Assembly (NCBI GenBank): GCA_027307295.1
Contig: DAHUXF010000001.1
Location: forward strand, 1 to 30,368
DNA from: Acidobacteriaceae bacterium
GTDB lineage: Bacteria; Acidobacteriota; Terriglobia; Terriglobales; Acidobacteriaceae
Direction of reading: 5' to 3'
DNA: 30,368 nucleotides
The notes under the pieces were generated by a model, which made no database searches, had not been told where the DNA came from, and was given only the letters and a program-made list of their open reading frames with translations. Below are positions 16,224 to 24,603 of the stretch, piece after piece (the first letter of the stretch is position 1; every line of letters begins with the position of its first letter). Both the position numbers and the translations under genes were made by a program.

Positions 16224-16252
16224 TTGACTTTCAAATTCAGCAGCGTTATTCT
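16224..16252 (+). promoter_or_regulatory. Near-consensus sigma70 promoter
   Basis: TTGACT (16224-16229), 17-nt spacer, TATTCT (16247-16252). Confidence 0.7.
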
Positions 16253-16258
16253 GCGCTT

Positions 16259-16450
16259 ACACGGGAAAGGAGGGCGATCCAATAAATATGAAAAGTTCTG
16301 ATAGTAGTCATAAACGTGAGGTGGCTGAGGCTTAAGGCGTGAGTCTTTAAGTCCTAGCGAAGTTGTGGTTCGCACAAGGCCTCCGCGCCTTCAGCCAATC
16401 CCAACAGCTTACCGAATAACCCCACACTGATGTGTGGGGTTATTTGTTTT
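16259..16450 (+). ncRNA. Candidate small RNA of about 190 nt (or dual-function RNA with a 15-aa ORF at 16288-16335)
   Basis: Bounded by a consensus promoter and a perfect terminator, with internal stems and no ORF longer than 15 aa. Not recognised as a known family. Confidence 0.55.
16415..16450 (+). terminator. Intrinsic terminator
   Basis: Perfect 13-bp stem AATAACCCCACAC / GTGTGGGGTTATT, TGAT loop, then TGTTTT. Confidence 0.85.
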
Positions 16451-16509
16451 ATGCAGCGACGGTGACGTGGTTCCTGGAAAGCGGGTACTTAAGTCACAAA
16501 AAAGCAGAG

Positions 16510-16539
16510 TTGAAGTTTCGCTCCTGCAATCGTTACTAT
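16510..16539 (+). promoter_or_regulatory. Possible sigma70 promoter of the MEDS-PAS gene
   Basis: TTGAAG-N18-TACTAT. Confidence 0.35.
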
Positions 16540-16611
16540 GCATCCAACTTCTGTATCCAAAGTTTAGGGGGAATCCATGATAAGTCAGGATGCCCAGGAA
16601 AGTTGGCCGTC

Positions 16612-17724
16612 ATGTCTGCTGGTAGGATGAAGGTTGCAGGAACTCACCCGCTGACAACCGCTCCTCACTCCGCTCACGCGGTCCAATTTTATGAGGACGA
16701 TGCGGCTTTGGTCGAAATTGTCGGGCGTCGCTTAGCTACAGCGCTGGCCGCTGGAGACATGCAGGTGGTGGTCGCCACCAAAGTGCATTGTGAAGGATTA
16801 ACGGAAGAGCTGAGGCTGCGCAACATCAATGCTTCTGCCGCTATCAAAGCAGGGCGCCTTATTGTATTGGACGCCGCTGAGACCCTGGCCAAATTTATGG
16901 TGGGTGGAGGCCCGGATAAAGAGAAATTCCAGAACACCATAGGCGCTTTGGTCAGCCGCGCCGCTGCCAGGACAGCACCAGGGCATCGTCTTGTGGTTTA
17001 TGGCGAAATGGTCGCCCTTCTGTGGGCTGAAGGCAAGCGTGATGCAACCGTTCGTCTGGAAGAATTGTGGAACGACCTGGCCGAGCAGCATAATTTTGAT
17101 CTGCTGTGTGGATATCCGATTGGCGCTTTTGACAAGCTGGAACATCGGCAGCTGTTCTTCAACATTTGCGGGGAACATACTCATATCAATCCCACAGAAA
17201 GCTATCCGGCGCAGGGGAGCGAGACCCAGCGTCGGCGCAGCATGGCGCAACTTCAGCAGAAGGCCACGGCCCTGGAAAACGAGGTCCGGCTCAGCCGGCA
17301 ACGTCTCGTATTGCTCCAAAAGGCCACCCGGGCCGGCACCTGGGAACTGGATATTGTGAATGATACTTTTTCCTTTTCATCGGCTGCGGCAAAGCTGCTG
17401 GGACTGCCATTCGCCAGCCGCGTCCGCCTGGCCCAGTTGATGGATCTGATGTATTACTCAGGAGACCGGGAGACGGTGTTTTCACATTTGCAGACGGCAC
17501 AACGCCACAGCAGGGACTTTGCCACCACCTTCCGCGTAAGGCAAGGCGAGGGAACGCGCATTATCGCAATTCAAGGGAAGACCTTTTATAACGGGGGAAG
17601 CCCGATCATGCTGGGGGTACTGTCTGATGTTACTCCTGCCGAAGCAAGCGGAGTGGTTGCTTCGAAGGCAAAGCCTTCCCGGAAGCCAGCCAGGCTAAAG
17701 TCAGTATCGGAAAAACTTGCGTGA
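16612..17724 (+). CDS. MEDS (DcmR-like sensory) domain plus PAS domain protein, with no output domain
   Basis: MEDS motifs HAVQFYEDD, VVVAT, VYGEMVALLW, LEELWN, LLCGY. PAS3-like GTWELDI…DRE…FRV…IQG…GVLSDVT. The start is placed at ATG 16612 because the track's GTG at 16432 lies in the terminator stem. Confidence 0.8.
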   Translation: MSAGRMKVAGTHPLTTAPHSAHAVQFYEDDAALVEIVGRRLATALAAGDMQVVVATKVHCEGLTEELRLRNINASAAIKAGRLIVLDAAETLAKFMVGGGPDKEKFQNTIGALVSRAAARTAPGHRLVVYGEMVALLWAEGKRDATVRLEELWNDLAEQHNFDLLCGYPIGAFDKLEHRQLFFNICGEHTHINPTESYPAQGSETQRRRSMAQLQQKATALENEVRLSRQRLVLLQKATRAGTWELDIVNDTFSFSSAAAKLLGLPFASRVRLAQLMDLMYYSGDRETVFSHLQTAQRHSRDFATTFRVRQGEGTRIIAIQGKTFYNGGSPIMLGVLSDVTPAEASGVVASKAKPSRKPARLKSVSEKLA

Positions 17725-17743
17725 GAGATCGTTTGCTTTTGCC

Positions 17744-17915
17744 AAACGATTCACGCAGACGTGAACGCAGATCAGGTTGAGATTGGCCGCGAATCAACGC
17801 GAAAAGCGAATTTGGCCGCGCAGGCATAACAGTCCAGCCAAGATCGCCTCGGCCAAGAACTTTTCTAAAAACCACTCTCTCTCCGTGCCTCTGGGGCGCG
17901 GTGGCAGAAGTTTTT
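17744..17915 (+). repeat. Composite intergenic repeat, copy 1
   Basis: CGCAGATCAGG…TTGGCCGCGAATCAACGCGAAA…GCGAAT, plus a downstream CTCCGTGCCTCT…GAAGTTT module; shared with the copies at 23.5 kb and 29.8 kb. Confidence 0.7.
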
Positions 17916-17925
17916 GGGATCTACC

Positions 17926-18075
17926 TTACCGTCCCCGAGAAGCTTTTCTGGCTGTGCGTGGCGCAGAGGTTGGAGCCTGCCGCGTAGGTTTACCTGCTTT
18001 TTGCTGCGGACCGCCTTGCTCTGCCGCCTTCTTGGCCCACATCTTTTCGAGTTCACGCATGTTCTTGGTTTTCAT
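17926..18075 (-). CDS. Unannotated 49-aa highly basic protein MKTKNMRELEKMWAKKAAEQGGPQQKAGKPTRQAPTSAPRTARKASRGR
   Basis: Read by hand: ATG at 18075, TAA at 17928-17926; 14 K/R versus 3 E. It fills otherwise empty space. Confidence 0.55.
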   Translation of the reverse strand: MKTKNMRELEKMWAKKAAEQGGPQQKAGKPTRQAPTSAPRTARKASRGR

Positions 18076-18227
18076 GCATTAAGCATGACATATTCTCCCT
18101 CTCCTGCGCGAGAGCGGAATGCCGCTTGAGCAGCGTATAGCGTTGATTGCCTGGATACCCGCCCGGCTGGACCAGAGCGCCCTCGTTTTTGCTTGACAGG
18201 CTTGGCGTCGAGTGCGTTTCGACTCGG

Positions 18228-18470
18228 ATTTACCGCGAGGTGGTGGAGCCGGAACGACCGGCTTTCACCAACAATGCGCTGGACCCGCAGGGCACTCTGT
18301 TGCTGGATGGATTCACGACGGTCATTTTTGCTGAACAAAATGGCAAGACAAAACTTACACTGGAAACCATGGGGATTGGCCGCGTTTCATATGACGCGCA
18401 GATGCTGGCCGAATGGAAGCGGATGGACCCAGCCCTGGACCGTCTGGTTGCTTTGTTGGCCAACTCCTGA
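18228..18470 (+). pseudogene. 5'-truncated, degenerate SRPBCC/AHSA1-family gene remnant
   Basis: IYREVVEPER-FTNNALD…TTVIFAEQNGKTKLTL resembles the C-terminal half of the family. Three single-base deletions convert the expected GMEAGWTQSLDRL into EWKRMDPALDRL. No start or SD. Confidence 0.7.
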
Positions 18471-18598
18471 GTTGCACGTATACACTGACCGTCCAGTAAG
18501 CAGGACTGGCGTTCGCCCAAAGCCGGGACCGCCGCCGTGTGATTCAGCGCCTGTGCGGCAATCCGGCTCCAGGGCATGAACTCTCAAAAGGAGAAATG

Positions 18599-18961
18599 AT
18601 GTCAAAAGGAAAAACAATTGCGTTGTGGACCGTGAGCGGGCTGCTGGGGGCAATGTTTCTTTTTTCCGGCGGCGTGAAGCTGGTGCATCTTGACGCTGTC
18701 AAACCCATGTTTGTGCAGTACGGATACGCTGCGTGGTTCGCAACCTTTATCGGAGTATGTGAAGCGCTGGGCGGTCTGGGCGTGCTGGTGCCGCGTGTGG
18801 CCGGCCTGGCGGCTGCGTGTCTCGGCATCATTATGGTGGGGGCGGTTTATACACATGTCAGCCACCATGAATTCACGCATGCTCTAACTCCCCTGGTGCT
18901 GCTCCTGTTGCTGGCATGGGTAAGCTATGTGCGGTTTCAGGGAAGCCACCAGCAGGTTTGA
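18599..18961 (+). CDS. DoxX-family membrane protein
   Basis: MFLFSGGVKL…IGVCEALGGLGVLVPR…IMVGAVYTH. AAGGAG SD 5 nt before the ATG at 18599. Confidence 0.88.
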   Translation: MSKGKTIALWTVSGLLGAMFLFSGGVKLVHLDAVKPMFVQYGYAAWFATFIGVCEALGGLGVLVPRVAGLAAACLGIIMVGAVYTHVSHHEFTHALTPLVLLLLLAWVSYVRFQGSHQQV

Positions 18962-18965
18962 AGAC

Positions 18966-18993
18966 AAAAAAGGGAGCCGCTTCCGGCTCCCTT
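18966..18993 (-). terminator. Intrinsic terminator, probably bidirectional
   Basis: Stem AAGGGAGCCG / CGGCTCCCTT with a 4-nt loop and an A6 run, between convergent genes. Confidence 0.85.
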
Positions 18994-19016
18994 AAGTCAA
19001 AGTCGCGCTGTTGAGG

Positions 19017-22000
19017 CTAGAACTTGATCTTCGCAACCAGCCCAATCGTGCGGGCGTTGCTGGGGAAGCTCGTCTTGGCATTGAGGAAGGAACTCGATGC
19101 CGGGTTAAGGAAATTGAGCGCCCCGCTGGTGGTGTTGCCGGCTGCGCGAACGTCATTGAGTGTGCCGGCAACGTATTGGGGATGGTTGAGAAAGTTCTGC
19201 ATCTGCGCCCCAAAATCGAAGCCCAACCGCTCGTTGAAGGTGAAATGTTTTGTCAGGGACAGATCTACGTTGTTGATCGCGGGCAGCTTGACGGTATTGC
19301 GGCCTGCTGTGGCAAAAGCTCCCGCTCCGGCAACAATGTATTGCGCGTTCGGATTCTTGGCCAGGTAGCCAACCAGGAACGGCGCTGAGGCCGATGAGCC
19401 GCAAGTAGTCGTAGCTGGCAGAGTGCTCTTGCACAGTGGCGTAACGTCACTGCCTACGCCGGGCGTGCCGGTGGCGTTGAAGATTGCCCGGTCGCCGGCT
19501 GCATCACCGTTCAGGTTACTGTCAGTCACGCTCTGGACGTCGCCCCACTCTCCGGTTTCGTAAGAGTAAACAGGGGTAACCTGGAAGTTGCCCACCAGGT
19601 TCTTCAAGAACCAGTTGGAGTGTTTGAACCAGGGAGTATCGTAAACCACTGCAAGTGTGAAGCGATTACGGTGGTCCAGGGCCGAGTCTGACCGGTCCGC
19701 AGCCAGGTTCTGGAAGTCCTGCGGACGCCGGGGTGTAACGACGGTGGAGAAGAAATCCGCCGTGCTGTTATCGATGGTCTTGCTGAAGGTGTAAGCGCCC
19801 TGCAGCAGCAAACCGTTTGTTAAGCGCCGGTTCAACTGCACTGCCAGCCCGTGATAGATGGAGCTTCCCAGCGGGCTGAATTGCACGATGGGGTTGGTAA
19901 ATCCTGCGGCAAAGTAAGCAGGAAGAGTGCTTCCGGCCAGACCGTTACTGCCGCGGATTGAGCCCAACGTAATAGCTGAGGCATCAAGCTGCGCCTGCGT
20001 GGGGGCCGTCAGGAAGGTCGGCAGATTCTGGCTGGCCGTGACCAGGGAGAATTTGTTGATGCGATCCTGCACGTTCAGGTGATAGGCGTGGGTTCCTACG
20101 TAGCGAACTTCCAGGCTGTATGCAGTCCCGAAGTTGCGCTGCACCCCCAGGGTCCACTGGATGCTCGTGGGCAGCTTGGTGTCTTCCACGACGTGGTTTG
20201 AGGTTGCCGCCCTTGCTGCAGCCACACTCGTAAATGTCGTGATTCCCGTGCCGCCGGGCAGAATCCCGCCGTTGCCGAGGAAATTCGGAGTGTTGATAGT
20301 CAGACTTGGAACGTCCACGGTAGAGCCAAACTGCGGAGGGAGCGACAAGATGCCGATGTTGTCATACAGCACATCGTAGCCCATGCTGACGCCGCCGCGA
20401 ATGGATGTTTTGCCGCTGCTCCCCGGCGCATATGCGAAACCCACGCGAGGCGCGAAGGCGTTCTTTGGATAGTGTGGCTCATTGAAGGTGAGCAGGCCGG
20501 GAGCGTTGGCAATCTGGTTCAGGGTTTGCAGCCGCTCAGTGAAGGGAACAGTTGTGTATTCATAGCGCACACCCAGGTTCAGGCTGAGGTTGCGCCGGAT
20601 ACTCCAGTTGTCATTCACGTACCAGTAGAAGCCGGTCTGGTCGCCATAGTAGTTGCTGTTCCCGGTGCTGCGTTCACCCAGCACGTCCGGGCTTTGATCC
20701 AGCATATACAGCGCAAGCGATTTGTAGTCATAGTCGCCGCGGGAACGCTGGGTGAACTGCTGCGGCGAGATGTACTTGCGGAACTCCCCGCCGAATTTGA
20801 AGCCGTGCGTCCCTTTGGTCCAGGACAGGTTCTCAATAGCCTGGTAGGTGTTGTTGATGGTGAACTGCGGACCGTTCGGGTCAGGCCCGACCTGAAGGTT
20901 CAGACTCGTGATTACAATGTTCGGAAACTGGTCGAGACCAGGGAACGAGAAATTTCCAGTAGTAGTAAAACTGGTGTTCCGGTGGAAGCCCAGGCGGAAC
21001 TCATTGAGGAGAGACGGCGAAAAGGTGTGGATCTCACCGATACTGGCAAAATGATCGACGATCGGCTGGTTTGTGTAAAAGACGCCCAGCTCGGGCGCGG
21101 TATCAGTCCCGCTGCGCTGGCGATAGATATCACGGACCACAAGCCGGTCAACGGAGGTGATGTCATAATCGCCTGATACCACCAGTTTCTTTGTATTGAT
21201 GTAGCTTGCAGGAGATAAAGGAAGCACGCCAACCGCAACATTCACACCGTTTACGACAACCGGCGGAGTCGAACCGGCTTGTGGTGCGGCCGGAACAAAC
21301 TGTTTGAATACTCCCAGGTTGGTTGCTGAGACACCTGGGATGGTGGCCAGCGTGGCGTACCCCGCCGCGGTGGGTGTTTTGACTGCGGCGCCGGGCGAAA
21401 GAGCTTGCCCAATGGCGCTGTACTCGTAGTTCGCAAAGAAGAACGCCTTGTTCTTGAGAATGGGTCCGCCGATCTGGCCGCCGAAGCGGTTGTTGTCAAA
21501 CCGCGTGTTATGGGGCGTAAATCCGGCTGCTCTTTGAGGAATCGCCACCGAGGTATCGATCGCGTCCAGATTGCGGTTCTGCAGGTACTCGTAGACCAGC
21601 CCATGAAAGCTGTTGGTTCCGGTCTTGATGACCTGATTGAACTGCCCGCCGTTGGAATGACCAAATTCCGGACTGAACTGGTTTTGCAGGACGGTGAGCT
21701 CCTGTACCGCATCATTGGGAACAATAAGAGCTGGGCCGGTGACGGTTTTATCGTTGTTGTCTACGCCGTCAATGGTGAAGTTGTTGTTGCGCGGCCTCTG
21801 GCCTCCAATGGAGGGTCCGGCCCCGGCTCCGATGCCGCCGCTGCTGCCGACGCCGGCCTGTAGCAGAGACAGGTTGAGCACGCCTGAAGGGCCTGTTCCG
21901 ACCGAGGGAATTTCCTGCATCTTAATGTCATAGGTAGTGCCCAGCTGCGCCGTGGTGGTATCAATCATTGGGGCGGCGCTGATTACTTCCACGGCTACGC

Positions 22001-22358
22001 TCACTTCTCCGACTTCCATCTGGATATGGGCCGTAGTCGTTTTGTTGAGCTCCACGGGAAAATCTTTCAAAACGGCAGCCTTGAACCCCTGGGCCGTGGC
22101 TTTGATGCTGTAGTTGCCGATAGGCAGATTGATGAAACGAAACTCACCATTATTGTTCGTGGTTGTTGTGAAGGTTTGATTTGTATCCACGCGTGTGGCA
22201 ACCACATTGGCGCTGGCTATCACGCGCCCCGTTGGGTCGACCACGCTTCCTGAAATATCTCCGTTGATTGCCTGAGAAAACGCCATCGCTGAAAGCAGAA
22301 CCACGCCGGTTACCAACAAAACGGTTTTCTTCAAGGCGGTCGCTGTATACCTTTTCAT
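19017..22358 (-). CDS. Oar-like TonB-dependent transporter with a carboxypeptidase-regulatory-like domain
   Basis: Signal peptide; SIGGQRPRNNNFTIDGVDNND, EFGHSNGG…IKTGTNSFHG…NRFGGQIGGPI, FAPRVGFAY; ends in AKIKF. Confidence 0.93.
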   Translation of the reverse strand: MKRYTATALKKTVLLVTGVVLLSAMAFSQAINGDISGSVVDPTGRVIASANVVATRVDTNQTFTTTTNNNGEFRFINLPIGNYSIKATAQGFKAAVLKDFPVELNKTTTAHIQMEVGEVSVAVEVISAAPMIDTTTAQLGTTYDIKMQEIPSVGTGPSGVLNLSLLQAGVGSSGGIGAGAGPSIGGQRPRNNNFTIDGVDNNDKTVTGPALIVPNDAVQELTVLQNQFSPEFGHSNGGQFNQVIKTGTNSFHGLVYEYLQNRNLDAIDTSVAIPQRAAGFTPHNTRFDNNRFGGQIGGPILKNKAFFFANYEYSAIGQALSPGAAVKTPTAAGYATLATIPGVSATNLGVFKQFVPAAPQAGSTPPVVVNGVNVAVGVLPLSPASYINTKKLVVSGDYDITSVDRLVVRDIYRQRSGTDTAPELGVFYTNQPIVDHFASIGEIHTFSPSLLNEFRLGFHRNTSFTTTGNFSFPGLDQFPNIVITSLNLQVGPDPNGPQFTINNTYQAIENLSWTKGTHGFKFGGEFRKYISPQQFTQRSRGDYDYKSLALYMLDQSPDVLGERSTGNSNYYGDQTGFYWYVNDNWSIRRNLSLNLGVRYEYTTVPFTERLQTLNQIANAPGLLTFNEPHYPKNAFAPRVGFAYAPGSSGKTSIRGGVSMGYDVLYDNIGILSLPPQFGSTVDVPSLTINTPNFLGNGGILPGGTGITTFTSVAAARAATSNHVVEDTKLPTSIQWTLGVQRNFGTAYSLEVRYVGTHAYHLNVQDRINKFSLVTASQNLPTFLTAPTQAQLDASAITLGSIRGSNGLAGSTLPAYFAAGFTNPIVQFSPLGSSIYHGLAVQLNRRLTNGLLLQGAYTFSKTIDNSTADFFSTVVTPRRPQDFQNLAADRSDSALDHRNRFTLAVVYDTPWFKHSNWFLKNLVGNFQVTPVYSYETGEWGDVQSVTDSNLNGDAAGDRAIFNATGTPGVGSDVTPLCKSTLPATTTCGSSASAPFLVGYLAKNPNAQYIVAGAGAFATAGRNTVKLPAINNVDLSLTKHFTFNERLGFDFGAQMQNFLNHPQYVAGTLNDVRAAGNTTSGALNFLNPASSSFLNAKTSFPSNARTIGLVAKIKF

Positions 22359-22728
22359 CTTCTTTCTCTCCTCAAAAAAATGTACAGACGGGACCCTTTG
22401 CGAAACTGGGGACGATTGGAACGCCGTATCAAGGGCAGGAATTATTGCATGATTTATGGATAGGGGACCGCCAAAACTACTTGCTCTTTAAAATTATGGG
22501 GTTGGATAAGCTTAAATACATATTTCGGGATGTGTGGCGGACATTTCAGCAATGGTTTTCATGGCTGGCTATTTTTTGATGCACGATAAAGTTTGTCGTT
22601 GTTCGTTGCAGGTATGGGTCAGCTAGGCGTGGTTTTCCAGGGAGGCCGCCGGCAGATTTAAAATATTATGGAGGAGCGCCGGTGAGATTTGTTGGCGCAG
22701 CCCCACTTTCAGGGGAGGAAAGATTCCC

Positions 22729-22998
22729 ATGTGCAGGAACATCAAAAACCTTTTTAATTTTGAGCCGCCGGTCACGGAAGACGAGGTCCGGGCCTCTTCG
22801 CTCCAGTACGTGCGGAAGATCAGCGGGTTCAACAAACCTTCCAAGGCGAATGAAGCAGCATTCGAGGCCGCCGTGGAAGAGATTGCATCCATCTCCTCTC
22901 GTCTGCTCCGCTCGTTGGAGACCAATGCACCGCCGAAGCACCGCGAAGAAGAAGCCGCAAAAGCCCGTGCCCGCGCCGCAGAGAGATTCGGCGACTAA
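22729..22998 (+). CDS. DUF2277 family protein
   Basis: MCRNIKNLFNFEPPVTEDEVRASSLQYVRKISGF…REEEAAKARAR; GGAGG SD. Confidence 0.9.
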   Translation: MCRNIKNLFNFEPPVTEDEVRASSLQYVRKISGFNKPSKANEAAFEAAVEEIASISSRLLRSLETNAPPKHREEEAAKARARAAERFGD

Positions 22999-23067
22999 AT
23001 TAGCTTTCTTGCACACAAAAGCAAATTGCGCTTCCTGGCCAGCAAAGCAAGCAATACAGGCTTGAGC

Positions 23068-23415
23068 TTAAATCCGTTTCGCTGTCTGCGCACGGTCGGG
23101 AGGCAGAATCTCCGGTTCAGCCGAGCGTGCTTCTGTTTGCGTGACAAACAATACAGCGGCAGTCCAGGTAGGGAAGAGATCGAGTGCGGGAACGAGTTCC
23201 GCAACGAATGTGGGCAGGAAAGCCCAGTGCCAGCCCAGGATTTTAATCAGGAGGGCCGCAGTAATGAGATCCAGTGCGGAATCCGCGGGTGAAATGCCGC
23301 CGGCGGCAAACACCGGCAATCCGGCGATCTGGATGGCGTCAGCAAGAATGGCGACGATCCAGGCTTTGCGGTGCGCAGGCGATCTCACGGTCTTGAGAAA
23401 ATCAAATTTCAGCAT
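23068..23415 (-). CDS. Hypothetical membrane protein
   Basis: 115 aa, hydrophobic; ADAIQI…LGWHWAFLPTFVAELVPALDLFPTWTAAV. Confidence 0.75.
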   Translation of the reverse strand: MLKFDFLKTVRSPAHRKAWIVAILADAIQIAGLPVFAAGGISPADSALDLITAALLIKILGWHWAFLPTFVAELVPALDLFPTWTAAVLFVTQTEARSAEPEILPPDRAQTAKRI

Positions 23416-23496
23416 GGCCCAATCTTGAATATGGCTAATTCTGGCTAAGATACATCAGTTAGATGCGCGGCGGGAATAGAAAATTTCACTATTCGT

Positions 23497-23760
23497 TGCA
23501 GATTTACGGGAGACGGGCGGAGATCAGGAAAGAGATTGGCTGCGAGTCAACGCGAAATGCCGCGAACTGCAAAATAATCAGTGGTGGAAGTTTTTCAAAA
23601 GCCTTTTACCATTGCTTGTCACTGATGGACACTGATTTCAAGATATGCGCCGAATCGCCAGTTTCAGTGAAACCCATGGGTTCCCACGATTAAGTGTTAC
23701 ACAAGCTGAACTTGTTTCTCCGTGCCCTCTGTTGCCTCAGTAGCGGAAGTTTGTTTTTTG
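23497..23760 (+). repeat. Composite intergenic repeat, copy 2
   Basis: GGAGATCAGGAAAGAGATTGGCTGCGAGTCAACGCGAAA…GCGAAC, CACTGAT twice at a 10-nt period (23620, 23630), and a CTCCGTGCCCTCT…GAAGTTT module. Confidence 0.7.
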
Positions 23761-23773
23761 CTTTCGCTATGAA

Positions 23774-24538
23774 TTATTTGTTCTTGCGTTCATCGCTGGC
23801 GACCACACCGTCTTTGATGTGGACCACGCGGTAGGCATGTTCGGCAATATCAGCTTCATGCGTGACCAGAACAATGGTATTGCCTTTGTTGTGCAGATCT
23901 TCCATCAGTTTCATAATTTCATTGCCGGTCTGGGAGTCAAGGTTGCCGGTGGGCTCATCCGCAAGAATGATGGAAGGATTGTTCACCAGGGCGCGGGCAA
24001 TGGCAACGCGCTGGCGCTGTCCGCCGGAGAGTTCATTAGGTTTGTGGTTCATGCGCTCACCCAGGTCCACGGCTTGCAACGCAGCTTTGGCGCGGGCAAT
24101 GCGTTCGTCAGAGGGAGTGCCGCTATAGATCAACGGCAGTTCCACGTTATGGAGCGCTGTAGCGCGGGCAAGAAGATTGAACGTCTGAAAAACGAACCCG
24201 ATTTCCTTGTTGCGGATGCGGGCCAGTTCATCGTCATCCAGTTCACTGACCAGATTGCTGTTCAGCCAGTAACGGCCTTTGCTGGGAGTGTCCAGGCAGC
24301 CGATGAGGTTCATGAGCGTGGACTTTCCCGAGCCTGAGGGCCCCATAATGGCCACATATTCGCCGCGATCAATGCGCAGGTTCACACCCCGCAGCGCGTG
24401 TACCTGTTCGGTTCCCATCTGGTAGGTCTTCCAGAGCTCTTCCGTGCAGATGATGCAATTCTGCGGAGGCGCAGCGATGATGCGGTCAGAAATATCGGCC
24501 ACTGGAGTTGCCATTCTTTTCTCCTGGTCACTTGCCAA
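23774..24538 (-). CDS. ABC transporter ATP-binding protein, MacB/LolD-like
   Basis: Walker A GPSGSGKS, signature LSGGQ, Walker [13 protein letters not shown]-loop VTHE. Confidence 0.97.
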   Translation of the reverse strand: MASDQEKRMATPVADISDRIIAAPPQNCIICTEELWKTYQMGTEQVHALRGVNLRIDRGEYVAIMGPSGSGKSTLMNLIGCLDTPSKGRYWLNSNLVSELDDDELARIRNKEIGFVFQTFNLLARATALHNVELPLIYSGTPSDERIARAKAALQAVDLGERMNHKPNELSGGQRQRVAIARALVNNPSIILADEPTGNLDSQTGNEIMKLMEDLHNKGNTIVLVTHEADIAEHAYRVVHIKDGVVASDERKNK

Positions 24539-24576
24539 GCACGAACCTGTTTGCTTTCTATCTTTGAGCTTCTATC

Positions 24577-24603
24577 TTAGACGGACGAAAGACGTTGAAG
24601 TTT
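24577..24603 (-). promoter_or_regulatory. ECF (sigmaE-like) promoter candidate upstream of the ABC ATPase
   Basis: AAACTT-N16-TCTAA on the minus strand. Confidence 0.4.

Noticed and set aside
16259-16450. Identification of the candidate sRNA as 6S, SRP RNA, tmRNA or a fluoride/c-di-GMP riboswitch
   Set aside because: No end-to-end rod as in 6S, no SRP CAGG/GGAA/AGCAG motif, too short and no tRNA-like ends for tmRNA, and no convincing aptamer consensus by eye. An Rfam scan is still needed.
16432-16611. 60-aa N-terminal extension of the MEDS-PAS ORF
   Set aside because: The GTG lies inside the terminator stem with no SD, and the extension does not look like a domain.
17744-17915. Repeats (here and at 55-95) as a CRISPR array or IS ends
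   Set aside because: No regular repeat-spacer structure, no cas or transposase genes, and no terminal inverted repeats with target duplications.
17865-18056. 63-aa minus-strand track ORF
   Set aside because: It extends into the repeat element; the 49-aa ORF in another frame (17926-18075) has an ATG start and a more coherent composition.
22432-22450. GGGCAGGAATTATTGCAT as a sigma54 promoter
   Set aside because: The GG-to-GC spacing is 11 nt rather than 10, and it points away from the transporter gene.
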